From an uncultured Clostridia bacterium (GTDB lineage: Bacteria > Bacillota > Clostridia > Oscillospirales > CAG-272), in NCBI GenBank assembly GCA_947652805.1, contig CANTEM010000001.1, forward strand, positions 1-49,384: DNA of 49,384 bases, read 5' to 3'. The position numbers and the translations under genes are program-made. Of this stretch, positions 45,592 to 49,384 are shown one piece after another; the stretch's first letter is position 1, and the number at the start of each line of letters is the position of its first letter. Below the pieces are notes generated by a model. The model saw only the letters and a program-made list of their open reading frames with translations. It had not been told where the DNA came from and searched no databases.

Positions 45592-45777
45592 ATGGCTAAG
45601 AAAGCGATGGTTCTGAAACAGCAGAAGAAGCAGAAGTTTTCCACCAGAGAATACACACGCTGCAAAATCTGCGGACGTCCCCATTCTTACCTGCGCAAGT
45701 ACGGTATCTGCCGTATCTGCTTCAGAGAACTTGCTTATAAGGGCGAAATCCCCGGCGTTCGTAAGGCAAGCTGGTAA
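45592..45777 (+). CDS. rpsN: 30S ribosomal protein S14 type Z (zinc-binding)
   Basis: 61 aa starting from the ATG at 45592. MAKKAM...[25 protein letters not shown] carries the CxxC...CxxC zinc ribbon. Confidence 0.96.
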   Translation: MAKKAMVLKQQKKQKFSTREYTRCKICGRPHSYLRKYGICRICFRELAYKGEIPGVRKASW

Positions 45778-45906
45778 GTAAGGACCCCGGCGCCGACGGC
45801 GCCACCCATCCCCACGGATAGGAATTCACGGAAGAATTAACCGTCTGTGTGCGGCCGCACAGTGCGGCAGCAAGAAATTATACTTGCATGACAGGAGGAA
45901 AAAACA

Positions 45907-46305
45907 ATGCAAATGTCAGACGTAATTGCGGATATGCTGACGAGAATCAGAAACGCAAGCAACGCAAAGCACGATACCGTAGACATCCCCGCATCCAACA
46001 TGAAGAAAGCAATCGCAGATATTCTGCTGACTGAGGGATACATCAAAGGTGTCCAGATCATCGAGGACGGCAAACAGGGTGTGATCCGCGTGTCTCTGAA
46101 ATATGAGGCAGGCAAGCAGAAGGTCATTCACGGCCTGCGCAGAGTATCCAAGCCCGGTCTGCGTATCTATTCCAACTACGAGGATATGCCCAAGGTTATG
46201 AACGGTCTGGGCATCGCAATCGTATCCACTTCCAAAGGCATCATGACCGACAAAAAGGCAAGACGTGAAAAAGTCGGCGGCGAAATTCTCGCCTTTGTAT
46301 GGTAA
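45907..46305 (+). CDS. rpsH: 30S ribosomal protein S8
   Basis: [13 protein letters not shown]... GGAGG lies 8 nt upstream of the ATG at 45907. Confidence 0.97.
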   Translation: MQMSDVIADMLTRIRNASNAKHDTVDIPASNMKKAIADILLTEGYIKGVQIIEDGKQGVIRVSLKYEAGKQKVIHGLRRVSKPGLRIYSNYEDMPKVMNGLGIAIVSTSKGIMTDKKARREKVGGEILAFVW

Positions 46306-46323
46306 GAGAGGGGGAGAATTGAT

Positions 46324-46863
46324 ATGTCAAGAATAGGAAGAGAACCCATTACCATTCCCTCCGGCGTTGAGGTTACTCTGGGCGCAGAAAACGAAATCAC
46401 CGTAAAGGGCCCTCTGGGAACTCTGTGTGAGAAAATGCACAGCAGTATGACCATTGCCCGGGACGGCGATGTGCTGACTGTTACCCGCCCCAACGACGAT
46501 AAGGAAATGAGAAGTCTCCACGGACTGACCCGCGCACTGCTGTTCAACATGGTGCAGGGCGTAACCCAGGGATATTCCAAGAAACTGGAAATCAACGGCG
46601 TAGGCTACCGTGCTGAAAAATCCGGCACAAAGCTGAACCTGAAGCTGGGCTTCTCCCATGACGTGGTTTTCGAGGAAGGCGACAGCGTAACCTTTGAAGT
46701 ACCGGATGCAAACACTGTTATCGTTAAAAGCCCCAGCAAGCAGAAATGCGGGGAGATTGCAGCGCAGATCCGGAAGAAGAGACCGCCGGAACCGTACCTT
46801 GGTAAGGGCGTGAAGTATGAAACCGAGCGTATCCGCCGCAAGGCCGGAAAAGCCGGTAAATAA
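46324..46863 (+). CDS. rplF: 50S ribosomal protein L6
   Basis: MSRIGREPITIPSGVEV...GVGYRA... Confidence 0.97.
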   Translation: MSRIGREPITIPSGVEVTLGAENEITVKGPLGTLCEKMHSSMTIARDGDVLTVTRPNDDKEMRSLHGLTRALLFNMVQGVTQGYSKKLEINGVGYRAEKSGTKLNLKLGFSHDVVFEEGDSVTFEVPDANTVIVKSPSKQKCGEIAAQIRKKRPPEPYLGKGVKYETERIRRKAGKAGK

Positions 46864-46881
46864 TGAAAGGAGGCGACAGGT

Positions 46882-47241
46882 ATGGTAGCAAAACGGGACA
46901 AAAATCAGCAGCGGCTGAGAAGACACCGCCGTGTGCGCGGTAAGATCAGCGGCACAGCAGCACGGCCCAGGCTGTGTGTATACCGTTCCAATAAGAACAT
47001 CTACGCACAGATCATCGACGATGTGAAGGGCGTAACCTTAGTCTCCGCATCCACTGTAGAAGCAGGCTTCGAGGGTACAACCAGCAATAAGGAAGCAGCA
47101 AAGAAAGTGGGTCAGAAGGTGGCTGAGAAGGCACTAGCAGCAGGAATTGAAACAGTTGTATTTGACCGCGGCGGTTATATCTATCACGGACGTGTATCGG
47201 AGCTGGCAGAGGGCGCAAGAGAAGCAGGACTGAAGTTCTGA
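46882..47241 (+). CDS. rplR: 50S ribosomal protein L18
   Basis: [37 protein letters not shown]...[12 protein letters not shown]. Confidence 0.97.
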   Translation: MVAKRDKNQQRLRRHRRVRGKISGTAARPRLCVYRSNKNIYAQIIDDVKGVTLVSASTVEAGFEGTTSNKEAAKKVGQKVAEKALAAGIETVVFDRGGYIYHGRVSELAEGAREAGLKF

Positions 47242-47316
47242 TTTTCCCCCTCCCCGGAAATCCGGTTTGTACACTGTTTAATTAACTTCAATTAAACAAA
47301 TTCAAGGAGAAAAGAC

Positions 47317-47823
47317 ATGGCTAAGAATTTTGACGCATCAACCGTGGAGCTTCAGGAGCGCCTGGTTGCTGTAAACCGCGTGTCCAAAACAGTAAAAGGC
47401 GGACGTATTGCCCGCTTTGCAGCCCTGATGGTTGTCGGCGACGGCAACGGTCACGTAGGCTTCGGCCTCGGTAAGGCTGCCGAAGTGCCGGAAGCAATCC
47501 GCAAAGGCATTGAGGATGCAAAGAAAAATATCATCGAAGTACCCCTGAACGAAACCACCATCCCCCACGAGGTGCTTGGTGAGTTCGGCGCAGGCAAAGT
47601 ATTGCTGAAGCCTGCCGCAGAAGGTACCGGAATTATTGCAGGTAAAACGGTTCGTGCAGTTGTAGAACTTGCAGGCGTAAAGAATATCCGTGCAAAATGT
47701 CTGCGTTCCAACAACCCCACAAACGTAATCAAAGCTACCATCGAGGGTCTGAAGTCTCTTCGTTCCGCAGAGCAGGTAGCAAAAACCCGCGGCATTAGCG
47801 TGCAGCAGGTTACAAAAGGCTGA
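47317..47823 (+). CDS. rpsE: 30S ribosomal protein S5
   Basis: [36 protein letters not shown]... Confidence 0.98.
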   Translation: MAKNFDASTVELQERLVAVNRVSKTVKGGRIARFAALMVVGDGNGHVGFGLGKAAEVPEAIRKGIEDAKKNIIEVPLNETTIPHEVLGEFGAGKVLLKPAAEGTGIIAGKTVRAVVELAGVKNIRAKCLRSNNPTNVIKATIEGLKSLRSAEQVAKTRGISVQQVTKG

Positions 47824-47837
47824 GGGAGGGTAACGAA

Positions 47838-48011
47838 ATGGCAAAAGTAACACTTTCAAGAAGCCTGATCGGAGCAAATCCGAAGCAGAAAGCAACTGCT
47901 GCATCTCTGGGTCTGAGAAAGATCGGAGACAGCATCACCCATCAGGACGGCCCCGTGCTGGATGGAAAGGTCAAGGTGATTTCTCACCTTGTAACCGTGG
48001 AGAAGGCGTAA
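47838..48011 (+). CDS. rpmD: 50S ribosomal protein L30
   Basis: Absent from the ORF track because it is under 60 aa. I translated it by hand as MAKVTLSRSLIGANPKQKATAASLGLRKIGDSITHQDGPVLDGKVKVISHLVTVEKA (57 aa). GGAGGG RBS upstream, and the expected position between rpsE and rplO. Confidence 0.9.
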   Translation: MAKVTLSRSLIGANPKQKATAASLGLRKIGDSITHQDGPVLDGKVKVISHLVTVEKA

Positions 48012-48087
48012 ACCACTCCAGACAGAAATATGTGCACCGAGGAAGGCGCACAAAAAAAGAATGATTTCAACGTAAGGAGGAAAAACC

Positions 48088-48534
48088 ATGAAGCTCCATG
48101 AACTTTCACCGGCACCAGGATCTGTAAAGCAGGTATGGCGCAAAGGCAGAGGCCCGGGAAGCGGCAACGGCAAAACTGCCGGCAAAGGCCACAAGGGTCA
48201 GAACGCCCGCAGCGGCGGCGGAGTACGTCTCGGATTTGAAGGCGGACAGCTGCCTCTTTATAGAAAGCTTCCGAAAAGAGGCTTTAACAATATTCGTTTT
48301 GCAACACAGTATGCTACCGTTAACGTAGGCACACTGAACGAAAAGTTTGCAGACGGTGAAACAGTCAATCTGGAAACACTTCTGGACAAGAAAATTGTCC
48401 GCAAGGGTCTGGATGGACTGAAAGTGCTGGGAAGCGGCGAACTCACCAAGAAATTAACTGTTGAAGCGGCTGTCTTTTCAGGTACGGCAAAAGAAAAGAT
48501 CGAAGCGGCAGGTGGAAAGACTGAGGTGAAGTAA
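48088..48534 (+). CDS. rplO: 50S ribosomal protein L15
   Basis: [12 protein letters not shown]...[19 protein letters not shown]... Confidence 0.97.
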   Translation: MKLHELSPAPGSVKQVWRKGRGPGSGNGKTAGKGHKGQNARSGGGVRLGFEGGQLPLYRKLPKRGFNNIRFATQYATVNVGTLNEKFADGETVNLETLLDKKIVRKGLDGLKVLGSGELTKKLTVEAAVFSGTAKEKIEAAGGKTEVK

Positions 48535-48535
48535 G

Positions 48536-49384
48536 ATGTTCCAGACGATAAAAAACGCTTGGAAAATCGACGACTTGCGTCGTAAGATCGTATTTGCACT
48601 GTTTATTCTGCTCCTGTACAGAATCGGCGCACAGATTCCCGTGCCGTTCCTGACAGGGGATCTTGCAGCAAGTATGAATACGCAAACGGCAGGCTCTATC
48701 CTGCAATATCTGAACATCTTGTCCGGCGGCGCGTTTGCGCAGGCAACCCTGTTTGCACTGGGTATTTCACCCTACATCACAGCATCCATCGTGGTTCAGC
48801 TGCTCACAGTTGCCATTCCTCCCCTGGAGCGTCTCGCAAAAGAGGGTGAAGACGGCAAAAAGAAACTGAACCAGATCACACGGTATGTTACCGTGGCGCT
48901 CGCACTCCTCACCGCAGTAGGATATTACTTCATGCTGCGCGGATATGATTATCTGACAGACAGAGGCGTGTTTGCCGCTGTTGTAATCATCGCCTGCTAC
49001 TGCGCCGGATCTTCTCTGGTTATGTGGCTGGCAGAAAAAATCAACGAAAGCGGAATCGGCAACGGTATCTCCCTGATCCTGTTCGCAAACATCGTTTCCC
49101 GGGGTCCCAGCATTGTGGCTCGTCTGTGGGCGTATGCTTCCGGTCAGGTGGAAGGCACCGCACAGTGGCTGGGCATCATCATCGCCGTTGCATCTGTTGT
49201 TATCGGTATTTTGATGGTAGCGCTGATCGTATTCATCACAAACTCCGAACGCCGCCTGCCTGTGCAGTACGCAAAGAAGGTTGTCGGACGGAAGATGTAC
49301 GGCGGTCAGAACTCTACACTGCCCATTAAGCTGAACAATACCGGTGTAATGCCGATTATCTTTGCAAGCTCCAGATCAACAAGA
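48536..49384 (+). CDS. secY: Preprotein translocase subunit SecY (5' part, truncated by window end)
   Basis: Translated by hand from the ATG at 48536: MFQTIKNAWKIDDLRRKIVFALFILLLYRIGAQIPVPF... The frame stays open to the last base (283 codons). Expected position after rplO. Confidence 0.9.
   Translation, partial: MFQTIKNAWKIDDLRRKIVFALFILLLYRIGAQIPVPFLTGDLAASMNTQTAGSILQYLNILSGGAFAQATLFALGISPYITASIVVQLLTVAIPPLERLAKEGEDGKKKLNQITRYVTVALALLTAVGYYFMLRGYDYLTDRGVFAAVVIIACYCAGSSLVMWLAEKINESGIGNGISLILFANIVSRGPSIVARLWAYASGQVEGTAQWLGIIIAVASVVIGILMVALIVFITNSERRLPVQYAKKVVGRKMYGGQNSTLPIKLNNTGVMPIIFASSRSTR

Noticed and set aside
49360-49384. The last residues of the SecY fragment (…PIIFASSRSTR) look atypical compared with the usual hydrophobic continuation after IFASS.
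   Set aside because: Only about 5 codons are affected, right at the window or contig edge. I cannot distinguish natural variation from an end artefact without downstream sequence.

Overview
High-GC Firmicutes chromosome, class Clostridia. Gene order and protein signatures suggest an Oscillospiraceae/Ruminococcaceae-type anaerobe, but that is inference only. Most of the window is core housekeeping DNA. (1) nt 517-18108 is one long minus-strand array: rny, mnmE, cimA, leuA, prmC, DUF1385, nth, PBP2, mreD/C/B, maf, dut, U32 peptidase, zapA. (2) nt 18304-27355 is a plus-strand set: proBA, a xylose-isomerase-like TIM-barrel enzyme, DUF1934, holA, a Toprim protein, GtrA, YgiQ radical-SAM and sfsA. 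(3) nt 27.4-38.2 kb is the least core-like part. It holds an orphan small ORF, a 480-nt AT-rich ORF-free spacer, a HEPN(RNxxxH)-CBS fusion protein, a large CotH-domain lipoprotein and an ABC-F ATPase. It also holds a five-gene minus-strand operon: polytopic membrane protein, XpaC-like, TelA/YaaN, LemA-like, TPM/YgcG-like. (4) nt 38.6 kb to the end is the S10-spc ribosomal protein cluster from rpsJ to rplO, then secY cut by the window edge. It has its own strong promoter and a ~310-nt leader. No rRNA, tRNA, CRISPR array, transposase or integrase was seen. The most unusual signal is non-coding. A modular nested-palindrome repeat family occupies many intergenic gaps, with 4 full ~150-170 nt copies plus many solo arm motifs. 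Its sub-hairpins vary in sequence but keep their pairing. In one copy the ~45-nt core is flipped relative to its own flanks. The best protein-level candidate for something undescribed is the stand-alone HEPN-CBS protein, a possible ligand-gated RNase. The TelA/XpaC/LemA/TPM membrane operon comes second. The extreme left edge (nt 1-480) is a sharply AT-rich segment with a small tandem ribbon-helix-helix-like ORF, probably the border of foreign DNA lying outside the window.
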